64,000 bases of DNA from an uncultured Hyphomonas sp. (lineage in GTDB: Bacteria > Pseudomonadota > Alphaproteobacteria > Caulobacterales > Hyphomonadaceae): the NCBI RefSeq assembly GCF_963678875.2, contig NZ_CAXXRR010000002.1, positions 702,227-766,226 of the forward strand, given 5' to 3'. The notes below the pieces were generated by a model, which saw nothing but the letters and a program-made list of their open reading frames with translations, was not told the origin of the DNA and made no database searches. A program made the translations under genes and the position numbers. Below, piece by piece: positions 10,103 through 19,847 of the stretch. Position 1 is the first letter of the stretch, and the number at the start of each line of letters is the position of its first letter.

Positions 10103-12033
10103 GCAAAACCTTCCATCCCGATCAGGAATTCTCCCGCCGGATGCTCATGGCAGGTGTCGGCGGTGGTGTCGTCTGGGCCGGACTGGTCGCGCGGCTGTTC
10201 CAGCTGCAGATCCTGGAAGGCAAGAAGTACGACCAGCTGGCGAACGAAAACCACATCAAGCTGGAACTCGCGCCGCCGCAGCGCGGACGGATTCTTGACC
10301 GTTTCGGCAAGCCGCTTGCCTCGCACCGGCGGGCCGGGCGCGTCACCGTCATTCCGGAACAATTGAAGGATCCGGCTGCAACGATCGCCAGTATCGGCCA
10401 GTTGATCGATCTGTCGGATGGCCGGGTCGAGCGCGTTATGGAAGACATTCGCCGCGCACGTCTGCGCCGCGCAGCGTTCCTGCCGGTCATCGTCGCCAAC
10501 GAGCTGTCCTATGAAGATTTTGCCCGCATGAATGTGCATGCGGTGGAGCTGCCGGGCGTTCAGGTCGAGATGGCATTGACGCGCTCCTATCCGCGCGGAC
10601 GGGATTTCGCCCACGTGCTCGGCTATGTCGCGCGGGCCAGTCAGGATGATCTGGACCGGCTGACCGAAGGCAAGACATCTGACGAAGCCACGACCATCGA
10701 ACGGATGTTCCGCCATCCCGACATGCGGACAGGCCGGCAGGGGATGGAACGGTTCGCGGAAGAATGGTTGCGTGGAAAGCCCGGCTTCAAGAAGCTGGTC
10801 ACCAATGCGGCAGGCCGCGTGATCGATCAGATCCCGGATGAACGGCTCGCCCCGGAAGCAGGCAAGGACCTGTTCGTCACGATCGACATGGACCTGCAGC
10901 GGGTTGCCATCGAGCGCTTCGAAGGCGAAAGCGGCGCGGCGGTCGTCGTTGAAATCGAGAGCGGCGACATTCTCGCCATGGTCTCGACCCCGGCCTTTGA
11001 TCCTAATGATTTCGTGAACGGTATTTCAGGCAAGGATTACGCCGAGCTGCGGGACAATTCCCGGGCGCCGCTCTATCCTCGGGCCCATGGCGGCGTGTAT
11101 CCGCCGGGCTCCACGTTCAAGATGGTTGTTGCGACGGCCGCGCTCGAGACGGGTGCGATCAAACCGACCGACCGGGTGCATTGCAATCGCTACTACCATT
11201 TCGGGAACCGGACCTGGCACTGCTGGAAACCGGGCGGACACGGATCGGTCGACCTGCATGATGCCATCAAGGGCTCGTGCGATGTGTATTTCTACGAAGT
11301 TGCCCGCCGGACCGGAGCGCAGGCGATTGCCGATACTGCCCGCAAATTTGGTTTCGGAGAGGCGTGGACGCTCGGCATGACGGGCGCGCGCAGCGGGCTC
11401 GTTCCTGATCCTGAGTGGAAGATGCGCGTCCGAAAGGAGCCATGGTACGAGGGCGAAACGCTGAACTTCGGCATCGGGCAAGGCCAACTCGGCGTGACAC
11501 CGCTGCAACTCGCCTTGATGACGGCGCGTATTGCGACGGGGGGGCACTCCCTCAAACCGAGCCTGATCGGTCTGGGCCCGAAAGATCCGGACGAACATGT
11601 GCTCGACGCGCATCTTGATGCCGAGATCATGAAAATGATGAAATCCGGCATGTTCGGTGTGACGTCCGAATGGGGTGGTACGGCTCGCAGTTCGGGTGAT
11701 CTGGGCCTCGGGGGGCCGCGCCTCGCCGGCAAAACGGGAACGGCGCAGGTTCGCCGCATCACGGCGGCGGAACGCGCCTCGGGCATCCGCAAGGGCGCAG
11801 ACATCGAGCGCGAGCTGCGCGATCATGCTCTGTTTGTCGCCTACGCTCCGGCAGACAATCCGAAATACGCCATCTCGGTCATTGTCGAACATGGAGAAGG
11901 GGGCTCCAGCCGGGCCGCTCCGGTGGCGCGCGATATTCTTGCGCATGCGATCCGAACCAACAGCGGCCGCAAGCCGGCATGGACAAGGAGCGCATCCATC
12001 AAGCCATCCGCTGACGAAGGCACGCCGACATGA
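10099..12033 (+). CDS. mrdA: Penicillin-binding protein 2
   Basis: LQI...ENHI...PQRGRILDR dimerisation start, SxxK (GSTFK), SCD and KTGTAQ. ATG at 10099 overlaps the mreD stop (ATGA). Confidence 0.96.
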   Translation: MSKTFHPDQEFSRRMLMAGVGGGVVWAGLVARLFQLQILEGKKYDQLANENHIKLELAPPQRGRILDRFGKPLASHRRAGRVTVIPEQLKDPAATIASIGQLIDLSDGRVERVMEDIRRARLRRAAFLPVIVANELSYEDFARMNVHAVELPGVQVEMALTRSYPRGRDFAHVLGYVARASQDDLDRLTEGKTSDEATTIERMFRHPDMRTGRQGMERFAEEWLRGKPGFKKLVTNAAGRVIDQIPDERLAPEAGKDLFVTIDMDLQRVAIERFEGESGAAVVVEIESGDILAMVSTPAFDPNDFVNGISGKDYAELRDNSRAPLYPRAHGGVYPPGSTFKMVVATAALETGAIKPTDRVHCNRYYHFGNRTWHCWKPGGHGSVDLHDAIKGSCDVYFYEVARRTGAQAIADTARKFGFGEAWTLGMTGARSGLVPDPEWKMRVRKEPWYEGETLNFGIGQGQLGVTPLQLALMTARIATGGHSLKPSLIGLGPKDPDEHVLDAHLDAEIMKMMKSGMFGVTSEWGGTARSSGDLGLGGPRLAGKTGTAQVRRITAAERASGIRKGADIERELRDHALFVAYAPADNPKYAISVIVEHGEGGSSRAAPVARDILAHAIRTNSGRKPAWTRSASIKPSADEGTPT

Positions 12034-13253
12034 GCCGTGACGGCAGCTTCAGCGGCTACAGCCGGGGGGAGGCGCGCACGCGCACTGCCCGCTCGCTCAA
12101 TTTCGACGACACGTCATCAGGCCTTCTCGGCAAGCTCGCCCGGCTGCCCTGGGGGTTCATCCTGCTCATCATCGCCATGGCGCTGATCGGCATCGCCATG
12201 CTGTATTCGTCGACCTATACGAACCCGGTCGAGCAGGATTTGTGGAAGCTGCAGCTGATCCGGTTTGTCATTTGCTTTGGCATCATGATCGGGCTGGCGA
12301 TGCTGCCGCTGTCCTGGTGGATGAACCTGTCATGGCTCGCTTATGCCGGCACGATACTGCTCCTGCTGGCGGTGGAGTTCTTTGGTTTCTCCGGCGGTGG
12401 TGCCCAGCGCTGGCTGAAGATCGGCCCGGTTGGCATTCAGCCGTCCGAGTTCGCCAAGCTCGCCGTGACGCTGGCGCTCGCGCGCTACTACCACGCCATG
12501 CTTGGGGTGAATGGGTCCCGTTTCTTCATCCATATCGGCGCTGCGGTGATCATCCTGATCCCGGCGGCGCTGGTTTTCCTGCAGCCGGACCTTGGGACCG
12601 CGCTGGCGATTGTGGCGTCTGGCGGCGTCGTGGTGTTCCTGGCAGGCCTGTCCGGGCGGGTGATCCTGGCCGGAGTGGCTGCGGCCGCTGCCGCTGTCTG
12701 GCCGGTCTACCAATTCGTGCTGGAACCCTATCAGCGCGGACGGGTCGACACCTTTCTGGCGCAGCTCTTCGGCTCCAGCGGCGCGTCGACCTCGCTTGGC
12801 GAGAGCTACCAGATCGAGCAGGCGAAGATCGCCATCGGTGCAGGCGGGCTGAACGGGAAGGGGTGGCTGCAGGGTATCCAGTCCCAGCAGGACTATGTGC
12901 CTGAACAGCATACCGATTTCATTCTCACGGTGATTGCGGAGGAATTCGGCTTCCTCGGCGCGACCGCCATCATGGTCGGTTTCGCGATCCTGCTCGGCTG
13001 GTCGCTCTACACCGCGTTCCAGTCTGCCAGCTATTTCGGCCGGTTTGCGGTGGCCGGGGCAACGGCCACGGTTGCTTTCTATGTCGTTTTCAATGTGGCC
13101 ATGGTGCTCGGCTTGCTGCCGGTTGTGGGCATGCCGTTGCCTCTGATTTCTTACGGTGGCACAGCCATGCTGACGGCGATGTCGTGCTTTGGCCTGATCC
13201 TGTCGGCCTATCTGCATCGTGACGACAAGCTCAATACAACAGGGTTGTTCTGA
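12030..13253 (+). CDS. rodA: Rod shape-determining SEDS protein RodA
   Basis: QPSEFAK, QPDLGT, PEQHTDFI and GMPLPLISYGG SEDS motifs, downstream of PBP2. Confidence 0.96.
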   Translation: MSRDGSFSGYSRGEARTRTARSLNFDDTSSGLLGKLARLPWGFILLIIAMALIGIAMLYSSTYTNPVEQDLWKLQLIRFVICFGIMIGLAMLPLSWWMNLSWLAYAGTILLLLAVEFFGFSGGGAQRWLKIGPVGIQPSEFAKLAVTLALARYYHAMLGVNGSRFFIHIGAAVIILIPAALVFLQPDLGTALAIVASGGVVVFLAGLSGRVILAGVAAAAAAVWPVYQFVLEPYQRGRVDTFLAQLFGSSGASTSLGESYQIEQAKIAIGAGGLNGKGWLQGIQSQQDYVPEQHTDFILTVIAEEFGFLGATAIMVGFAILLGWSLYTAFQSASYFGRFAVAGATATVAFYVVFNVAMVLGLLPVVGMPLPLISYGGTAMLTAMSCFGLILSAYLHRDDKLNTTGLF

Positions 13254-13334
13254 CCCAAGCGCAGCTAATGGCGTTGATTTTTGTTTCGCCGCATATAGTT
13301 TCGCGCGAAACTTTTTACCCTGGGGAGAGGGAAT

Positions 13335-14759
13335 ATGGCGACAATCGCCCGTAAGGCAGACACCTGGAGCTCGCGCTTCGGGTTTATCATGGCTGCCGTC
13401 GGTTCTTCGGTCGGACTCGGCAATTTCTGGCGGTTTCCATACACCGCCGGTGAGAATGGCGGCGGCGCCTTCATATTGATCTACATCGCCTGCGTCCTGC
13501 TGATCGGTCTGCCGGTGCTGATGGCGGAATATGGCATGGGCCGGAAGTCCGGCATGTCTGCCGTGGAGGGCGTCGAATCCCTCGCCCGGGCAGAAAGCAA
13601 GTCACAGAAATGGGGCATGGTCGGCTGGATCGGCACCATCACGGCGTCCTTCATCCTGTCCTTCTATGTGGTGATCTCGGCCTGGCTGATGGCCTTTGTG
13701 ATCCAGGCGTTGAAGAACGGCTTTGCCGGCATGGACGCAGACTCTTCGGGCGCCAATTTCGCCAATGTCATCGGACAGGGGGAGCATGCGCTCGCCTCCA
13801 AATGGTACATGCTGGCGCTGCTTGCCACCTTCATCATTGCCAACATCGCCATCGTCGGCCGGGGCGTGAAGGGCGGTATCGAAAAGGCTGCCAGCATTTT
13901 GATGCCGGCCTTCTTCGTGATCCTCCTGATCATCGTCGGCTTCTCCCTGTCGCGCGGCAATGCCGGGGAAACTTTCGCCTTCCTGTTCCAGCCCAAATGG
14001 GAAGATGTCGGCTTCAAGACCTTCCTCGAAGCGGTCGGCCAGGCCTTCTTCTCCATCGGTGTCGGCGTCGGCCTGATGATCACCTACGGCGCTTATCTCG
14101 ACCGCGGCACAAACATCCCGCGTTCCTCCGTGATCATTGCAGGTTCGGACACGTTCGTCGCGCTGATCGCCGGCTTCGCGATCTTCCCCATCGTGTTCGC
14201 AGCCGGGCTCGATCCGGCAGGCGGGCCGAGCCTGTTCTTCGTGTCGATGCCGGTGGCGCTCGGCAATCTCGGACCGATCGGTTACCTGATGTCGGTCCTG
14301 TTCTTTGCGCTGGCCCTGTTTGCCGCTTTCACTTCGTCGATCTCGCTGCTGGAAGTGTCGGTCTCCTGGCTGGAAGAACGCCAGGGCGTGACCCGGATGG
14401 GCGCGGCAATGGGCGTTGGCTTCATGCTCTGGATGGTCGGTGCGGCTTATATTTTCTCGACCGAATATCTCGATTTCATGGACTTCATCACCGGCAACGT
14501 CCTCTTGCCGCTGGGCGGTCTGCTGGTCGCGATCTTTGCCGGCTGGGTCCTGTCGCGGGACATGCTGACTTCCGAACTCGGCGAGGGCAACATCATGAAT
14601 GTCTGGCGTTTCCTGATGCGCTGGTTCGTTCCGGCGTTTGTCGGCTTCGTCCTGTTCTTCGGCTTCTTCGACAAGATTCAGGACCAGTACCACGTCCAGC
14701 TGCCGGGCTTCCTCGAAGTGCTGCTCGGGCCGAACTACGAGCTGCCGCCCGCGGAATGA
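13335..14759 (+). CDS. Sodium-dependent transporter (NSS/SNF family)
   Basis: WSSRFGFIMAAVGSSVGLGNFWRFPY, GENGGGAF, QAFFS and AAFTSSISLLE motifs. Confidence 0.95.
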   Translation: MATIARKADTWSSRFGFIMAAVGSSVGLGNFWRFPYTAGENGGGAFILIYIACVLLIGLPVLMAEYGMGRKSGMSAVEGVESLARAESKSQKWGMVGWIGTITASFILSFYVVISAWLMAFVIQALKNGFAGMDADSSGANFANVIGQGEHALASKWYMLALLATFIIANIAIVGRGVKGGIEKAASILMPAFFVILLIIVGFSLSRGNAGETFAFLFQPKWEDVGFKTFLEAVGQAFFSIGVGVGLMITYGAYLDRGTNIPRSSVIIAGSDTFVALIAGFAIFPIVFAAGLDPAGGPSLFFVSMPVALGNLGPIGYLMSVLFFALALFAAFTSSISLLEVSVSWLEERQGVTRMGAAMGVGFMLWMVGAAYIFSTEYLDFMDFITGNVLLPLGGLLVAIFAGWVLSRDMLTSELGEGNIMNVWRFLMRWFVPAFVGFVLFFGFFDKIQDQYHVQLPGFLEVLLGPNYELPPAE

Positions 14760-14782
14760 ATGGCCTTCTGCGGGTGTGCTAA

Positions 14783-14830
14783 ACACCATACAGAACACCA
14801 TATATAGACCGTGTATACACCATATACAGA
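14783..14830. repeat. AT-rich triple direct repeat ACACCATA(N)AGA with internal palindrome GTGTATACAC
   Basis: ACACCATA at 14783, 14795 and 14817; perfect 10-bp palindrome at 14811-14820. Confidence 0.8.
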
Positions 14831-14864
14831 CGGGCCCTCCACGATGTGGAGGGCCCGTTCTTTG
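14830..14864 (+). terminator. Intrinsic terminator after the NSS transporter (possibly bidirectional)
   Basis: ACGGGCCCTCCAC-gat-GTGGAGGGCCCGT perfect 13-bp stem followed by TCTTTG, between convergent genes. Confidence 0.8.
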
Positions 14865-14885
14865 TCATCTGGTGAAAATCAGGCG

Positions 14886-15875
14886 TCAGGCGCGGACTTT
14901 CGAGCCGTAAACGCCGGCGAAATGATCCGTTGCCTGAATCAGCTTGTCGACAATGCCGGGTTCCATCGAGGAGTGGCCGGCATCCGGCACGATGTGAAGC
15001 TCGGCCTTCGGCCAGGCCTTGGACAGGGCCCAAGCCGTCGAGAGTGGCGTGACCACGTCATAGCGGCCGTGCACGATGACTCCCGGAATGTCCTTGAGCT
15101 GTTTCGCGCACTGTTCCAGCAGCCAGTTGTCGCTGGCGAAGAAGCCGCGATTGACGAAATAGTGGCATTCGATCCGGGCGAAGGCGTCGACGAAGTCATC
15201 CTCGTTGAAGCGGGGAGGGGTCGTCAGCGGCCCCTTGATCGACAGGGTTTCGCCTTCCCAGCGAGACCAGGCCCGGGCCGCTTCAATCCGCGCCTGCCGG
15301 TCGTCGCCCGTCAGGCGGCGATGGAAGGCCATCAGCAGGTCGTCGCGCTCTTCTTCCGGGATCGGCGCAATGTAGCGGTCGTAGGCGTCCGGGAAGAGGC
15401 GGCTGGCGCCACTTTGGTAGAACCACTGCACTTCCGGTTTCGACACGAGGAAGATGCCGCGCAAAACCAGGCCGAGAGTCCGCTCCGGATGAGACACGCC
15501 ATAGGCGAGTGAAAGGGTCGATCCCCACGATCCGCCGAAGACAAGCCACTGGCTGACGCCAACATGAGCACGGAGTGCCTCAATATCGTCCACCAGGTCC
15601 CAGGTCGTGTTTTCGCGAAGCTCGGAATGTGGTGTGGAACGTCCACAACCGCGCTGATCGAACAGAAAGATCCGATAGCGCTCAGGGTCGAAAAACCTCC
15701 GCATTTCGGGGCTTGAGCCGCCCCCGGGGCCGCCGTGAAGGGCGATGACGGGCACGCCATTAGGGTTACCCGATTCTTCCCAGTAAATTTCGTGGATATC
15801 CGAAACGCGCAACCTTCCTGAGCGGCGGGCTTCGTGTCTGGGATACAAAATGCGGCGTGGCGGGCGTCTATTCAT
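14886..15875 (-). CDS. pip: Prolyl aminopeptidase (proline iminopeptidase)
   Basis: HGGPGG, DQRGCGRS, nucleophile FGGSWGS, GRYD and AGHS triad motifs. Confidence 0.95.
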   Translation of the reverse strand: MNRRPPRRILYPRHEARRSGRLRVSDIHEIYWEESGNPNGVPVIALHGGPGGGSSPEMRRFFDPERYRIFLFDQRGCGRSTPHSELRENTTWDLVDDIEALRAHVGVSQWLVFGGSWGSTLSLAYGVSHPERTLGLVLRGIFLVSKPEVQWFYQSGASRLFPDAYDRYIAPIPEEERDDLLMAFHRRLTGDDRQARIEAARAWSRWEGETLSIKGPLTTPPRFNEDDFVDAFARIECHYFVNRGFFASDNWLLEQCAKQLKDIPGVIVHGRYDVVTPLSTAWALSKAWPKAELHIVPDAGHSSMEPGIVDKLIQATDHFAGVYGSKVRA

Positions 15876-15986
15876 TCACTCTTCACCTAATTTCATTCAA
15901 ACTGCCGTCTGAGGTGGACATGGTTCCCGTCGTTACGTACAGATTATTACGTATTGGGGCCCAAACAGAATGCAGGTGGCTGTTTG

Positions 15987-16607
15987 ATGCGTAGCGTATT
16001 TCTGGGTGTATCCCTATGCCTTCTTGCAGGATGCGCAACCGTTTCCATGGTACCAGGTGAAGCGCTGGTGCAAGCAGGGCTTTCCCAAAAGCAGTCAGCC
16101 CTTCGTACAGCTTCCACGGAATATTGCGACAAGGCGGTCGATGCCGGTTGGGTCAAATCCAATGGCGGCCTTGCCGGCCTCGCCAACACGCTGATTAACG
16201 GCATTACCAACGACCAGTCTGAAGCGGACACTTATGCGGCGCGTATCGGCGCGGCGGATGAGGCACCGGCGCTGGTACTTGCCCGGATCGTTTCCGACAG
16301 CCAGGCCGCGCGGGCAGGGCTCAGCGGTGTCAGCCGTGAGGCGCACACGCTGCTCCAGGAAACCGGCGACCACACTGCGACCCGTTCGGACGTGATGAGC
16401 TATGAGCGTGCACTCGTCCGTGCCCAGATGGCTTATCGAAGCTTCCAGAGTGCGCTCGGCGAAGTCTCTGCCCGTGACGACATGGACATGGATACTGCGC
16501 CGGTCGACAAGGAACTCGGGGCGTTCGAGGACGTCATCGACGATGCCCGTGAAACGGCTGACCGTCTCGCCGACAAGTATGCGTCGGTGAACACTGTGAG
16601 ATCCTGA
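15987..16607 (+). CDS. Hypothetical lipoprotein
   Basis: MRSVFLGVSLCLLAGC signal peptide with lipobox, followed by a helical Ala-rich body. Confidence 0.7.
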   Translation: MRSVFLGVSLCLLAGCATVSMVPGEALVQAGLSQKQSALRTASTEYCDKAVDAGWVKSNGGLAGLANTLINGITNDQSEADTYAARIGAADEAPALVLARIVSDSQAARAGLSGVSREAHTLLQETGDHTATRSDVMSYERALVRAQMAYRSFQSALGEVSARDDMDMDTAPVDKELGAFEDVIDDARETADRLADKYASVNTVRS

Positions 16608-16634
16608 TTTCCCGGATCCCGATTTCAGTAAAAT

Positions 16635-16997
16635 TCAGTTCGGTTGTCTGAAGCTGCCGATGGCAGCCATTGCCCATCCCGCCAGCAAGAACACGCCACC
16701 GATCGGTGTGATCGCGCCGAACCAGCGCGGCGCGCCCAGGGCCATCGCGTAGAGCGTGCTGGCGAAGATGACGGCGCCCGCAATCATGAACCAGCCGGCT
16801 GTGCGGACGAGGCCGCCGCGGCCTGAAAGGGCGATGGCGAGCACAGCCGCCGCATGCGGCAGGATATAGAGCGTGGCCGTGTGCCACCATTCGGTGCCTT
16901 CCGCCGTCAGCTGCCCTTCCAGTGCATGCGCACCAAAGGCACCGAGGGCGACGCCGCAAAAGCCGGTCAGGGATGCGAAGGCGGCGAGCCGGTTCAC
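16635..16997 (-). CDS. DUF423/YgdD family membrane protein
   Basis: VALGAFGAHAL, and GAITPIGGVFLLAGW at the C-terminus. Confidence 0.88.
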   Translation of the reverse strand: MNRLAAFASLTGFCGVALGAFGAHALEGQLTAEGTEWWHTATLYILPHAAAVLAIALSGRGGLVRTAGWFMIAGAVIFASTLYAMALGAPRWFGAITPIGGVFLLAGWAMAAIGSFRQPN

Positions 16998-17422
16998 GCA
17001 GCAGGTTCCTTCCGGGGCAGGGCATAGGTGACGACGGCATGGCTGGATGGTTTGGTCGCGCCTTCGACGCGCACGTCCACGTCCATCACCGCCAGGGTCT
17101 GCCCGATCTTCATGATGCGGGCGTCGGCAAGGACAACGTCCCCGATGCAGGGGCGCAGGAAACTCATGTTCAGGCTGCTGGTCACGGCCATGGGCTCCAG
17201 TCCTGTCACGGTCATCACGGCGAAGTAGGACGCCGTGTCGACGAGCGACATCTGTGTCGGTCCGGAGATATAACCGCCCGGGCGCAAATTTGTCTTGTCG
17301 GCTCTTAGTCGCACCACCGCGCGGCCTTCGACCATCTCCACGATTTCCGTGCGTACCGACTGGCCTTCAAAGGCCTGGCGCAGGAAGGCGTTGGCTTCCT
17401 CCGGTTGCATCTTGCAGGTCAT
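16994..17422 (-). CDS. PaaI family thioesterase
   Basis: NLRPGGYISGPTQMSLVD and AVTSSLNMSFLRP hotdog motifs. Confidence 0.88.
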   Translation of the reverse strand: MTCKMQPEEANAFLRQAFEGQSVRTEIVEMVEGRAVVRLRADKTNLRPGGYISGPTQMSLVDTASYFAVMTVTGLEPMAVTSSLNMSFLRPCIGDVVLADARIMKIGQTLAVMDVDVRVEGATKPSSHAVVTYALPRKEPAA

Positions 17423-17526
17423 GTTGCCTCCCTTGCGTCACCCCTTGTCGGCGGGGTCCCTCTCGTACACCCTAGCTTGCACGACAAGCCCGCCAAGAGG
17501 TCACCCAGAGGAAGGAAGTGCAACCA

Positions 17527-18639
17527 ATGCTGACAGCCGGAGACGAGTATCCAATCCACCAGACACCGGAACCGGTCGCCTTTTCAGGCTCTGACCGGAA
17601 TTTCTATGACCGGTATTTCTACAACGGCTATTCCTCGGATGGGTCGGTCTTCTTTGCGGCGGCGATGGGCGTGTATCCGCACCTGAACATCATCGATGGT
17701 TCCGTCTCGGTCCTTCACAATGGCAAGCAGAGTTCGGTCTTCTTTTCGCGTCCGCTGAACATGGAGCGGATGGACACCTATATCGGCGGCATGTCGGTGG
17801 AGGTGCTGGAACCGCTGAAGCGGATCCGCCTGAAACTGGAAGAGACCGAAGGTATCGCGCTCGACGTGGAATTCACGGGCCGGGCTTTCCCGGTGGAGGA
17901 GCCGCGCTTCACCCGCCGCCAGGGACCGCGCATGCTGATGGACCTGACGCGCATGACGCAGAACGGCCACTGGTCGGGCAAGCTGCGCATCGACGGCAAG
18001 GAGATCGAGGTCAATCCGGACAGCTGGTCCGGTACGCGCGACCGGTCATGGGGCGTGCGGCCCATCGGGGCGCAGGACGCCCAGCCGCTGATCCCGCCGC
18101 TCGATCCGCAATTCTACTGGATCTGGACGCCGACCAATTTCGCGAACCAGGCGCTCTATTTCCACGTCAATGAAGATGGCGCAGGCGAAGCCTGGAACAA
18201 GCGCGCCGTTCTGGCCGCGGATGGCGCGAAGCATGGGGAACACCTTCACCTGGACGATGCGCAGATGGACATCACCTACGCACCGGGCACGCGCCGCATG
18301 GCAAAAGCGCGCCTGAACATGAAGGATGCGGAAGGGACTCCGTATACGGTGGACTTCGAGCCGATGGGTACCTTCCTGATGCGGGGCATCGGCTATGGGC
18401 ATGAGAAATTCAAGCACGGCATGAGCCATGGCGACCAGCTGGTCGTCGAGCGCGAAGACATGGACCCGAATGCGCCGTGGAACATCCCGGCGAACCTGCA
18501 CATTCAGGAAATCGCCCGGGCGACGCTCTCCGGCCCCGGTGGTCAGACCTCCGAAGGCATCGGCGCATTCGAGCAGCTGTTCATGGGCCCGCACAAGCCG
18601 AGCGGTTTCAAATCCATTCTCGACGGCGCAGGCGACTAG
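17527..18639 (+). CDS. Conserved hypothetical beta-rich protein (possibly tocopherol cyclase/AttH-like fold)
   Basis: LTAGDEYPIHQTPEP...RNFYDRYFYN and GTRDRSWGVRP motifs; coding-like codon usage. Confidence 0.6.
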   Translation: MLTAGDEYPIHQTPEPVAFSGSDRNFYDRYFYNGYSSDGSVFFAAAMGVYPHLNIIDGSVSVLHNGKQSSVFFSRPLNMERMDTYIGGMSVEVLEPLKRIRLKLEETEGIALDVEFTGRAFPVEEPRFTRRQGPRMLMDLTRMTQNGHWSGKLRIDGKEIEVNPDSWSGTRDRSWGVRPIGAQDAQPLIPPLDPQFYWIWTPTNFANQALYFHVNEDGAGEAWNKRAVLAADGAKHGEHLHLDDAQMDITYAPGTRRMAKARLNMKDAEGTPYTVDFEPMGTFLMRGIGYGHEKFKHGMSHGDQLVVEREDMDPNAPWNIPANLHIQEIARATLSGPGGQTSEGIGAFEQLFMGPHKPSGFKSILDGAGD

Positions 18640-18645
18640 GGCGCC

Positions 18646-19782
18646 TCAGCCCGCCATCGCCTGCCAGACCAGGGCGGCAAGCGTGATCGCGCGCATGTCG
18701 CCCGTCGTCGTGCCTTCCATCCGGTTCATCGCATAGGCGATGGTCAGCTTGTTCTGCATGTCGACCAGGACGATGGAGCCGCCATATCCGCCCCAGAACA
18801 TCGACTGGTCATTCAGGGCAGGGGACATGGGCCCGGACAGGCCATAGCCAAGCCCGAACCGGACCGGAATGCCGAGCACCATATCGGTGCCGTCCACCTG
18901 GCATTCCAGTGCCTTGCGGCATCCGGCTTCTGACAGGAAGCGCTTGCCATTCATCACGCCGCCATTGGCGAGGACCGCCTGCACGGTGGCAACGGAGCGG
19001 GCATTGCCCGTGCCGCCTGCGGCCGGGATTTCAGCCCCGCGCCAGGCGCGCGTGCGTGTTTCGGATACATCGATCGGAGGATGCTCGAACGCCACGCGCT
19101 GGATTTCAGTCTGCGCCGCCCCGCCAAGGCCGGCGCCCGGCGGCGGCTTCAGGTTCGCGACCCGGTGATCCTCCGAGGCCGGAAGACCGATGTGGAAATC
19201 CGCGCCCAGCGGTTCGGCAAATTCCTCGCGGAACACATTGCCGATCGTGCGGCCGTCGATCCGCCGGATCACTTCGCCGACGAGATAGCCCTGCGTGATC
19301 GCGTGATAGCCGGACGCCGTGCCGGGTTCCCAGAGCGGTGCCTGCGCGGCGAGTAGGCGGGTCGCCTTGTCCCAGTCATAGAGGTCATTCTTGTCCAGCG
19401 GCGCGGTCCAGCCGGAGAGGCCGGCCGAATGGCTCATCAGATGGCTGACTTTCACGCCGTCCTTGCCGTTCGCGGCAAACTCCGGCCAGTACTCGGCAAC
19501 CGGCGCATCGAAATCCAGCTTGCCCTGGTCTGCCAGCCAGAGGGCCGTCAGCGCCGTCATCGTCTTGGTCGTCGAATAGACGTTGACGATCGTGTCCTTT
19601 TCCCATGGCCGCGTGCGTTCCTCGTCGGCCCAGCCGCCCCAGAGGTCGACCACCGGCTCGCCATCCTTGATGACGCAGAAGGACGCGCCGATATCGGTGC
19701 CGTCGTTCAGGTTTTTCTCGAACTGTTCTCTTACGGCGGCGAACCTGTCGTCCACGATGCCGCCCACTTCCCCGTCAGCCAT
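18646..19782 (-). CDS. Serine hydrolase, class C beta-lactamase/EstB family
   Basis: YSTTKTM (SxxK), LMSHSAGL, PGTASGYH and WGGYGGS motifs. Confidence 0.9.
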   Translation of the reverse strand: MADGEVGGIVDDRFAAVREQFEKNLNDGTDIGASFCVIKDGEPVVDLWGGWADEERTRPWEKDTIVNVYSTTKTMTALTALWLADQGKLDFDAPVAEYWPEFAANGKDGVKVSHLMSHSAGLSGWTAPLDKNDLYDWDKATRLLAAQAPLWEPGTASGYHAITQGYLVGEVIRRIDGRTIGNVFREEFAEPLGADFHIGLPASEDHRVANLKPPPGAGLGGAAQTEIQRVAFEHPPIDVSETRTRAWRGAEIPAAGGTGNARSVATVQAVLANGGVMNGKRFLSEAGCRKALECQVDGTDMVLGIPVRFGLGYGLSGPMSPALNDQSMFWGGYGGSIVLVDMQNKLTIAYAMNRMEGTTTGDMRAITLAALVWQAMAG

Positions 19783-19847
19783 TCTTTCCTCCCGGCTTTT
19801 CCCGGAAGGGTAGCGGCGTCGCCGGGCTGCGGCAATCATTAGATCGG

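Noticed and set aside
13602-14801. 399-aa antisense and 390-aa alternate-frame ORFs over the NSS transporter
   Set aside because: Composition typical of off-frame reading in GC-rich DNA (Arg/Gly/His-rich), with no motifs.
18646-19782. Beta-lactamase resistance gene controlled by the BlaI/M56 pair
   Set aside because: It lies about 19 kb away, has no signal peptide, looks like an EstB-type esterase, and I saw no GACTAC operator upstream.
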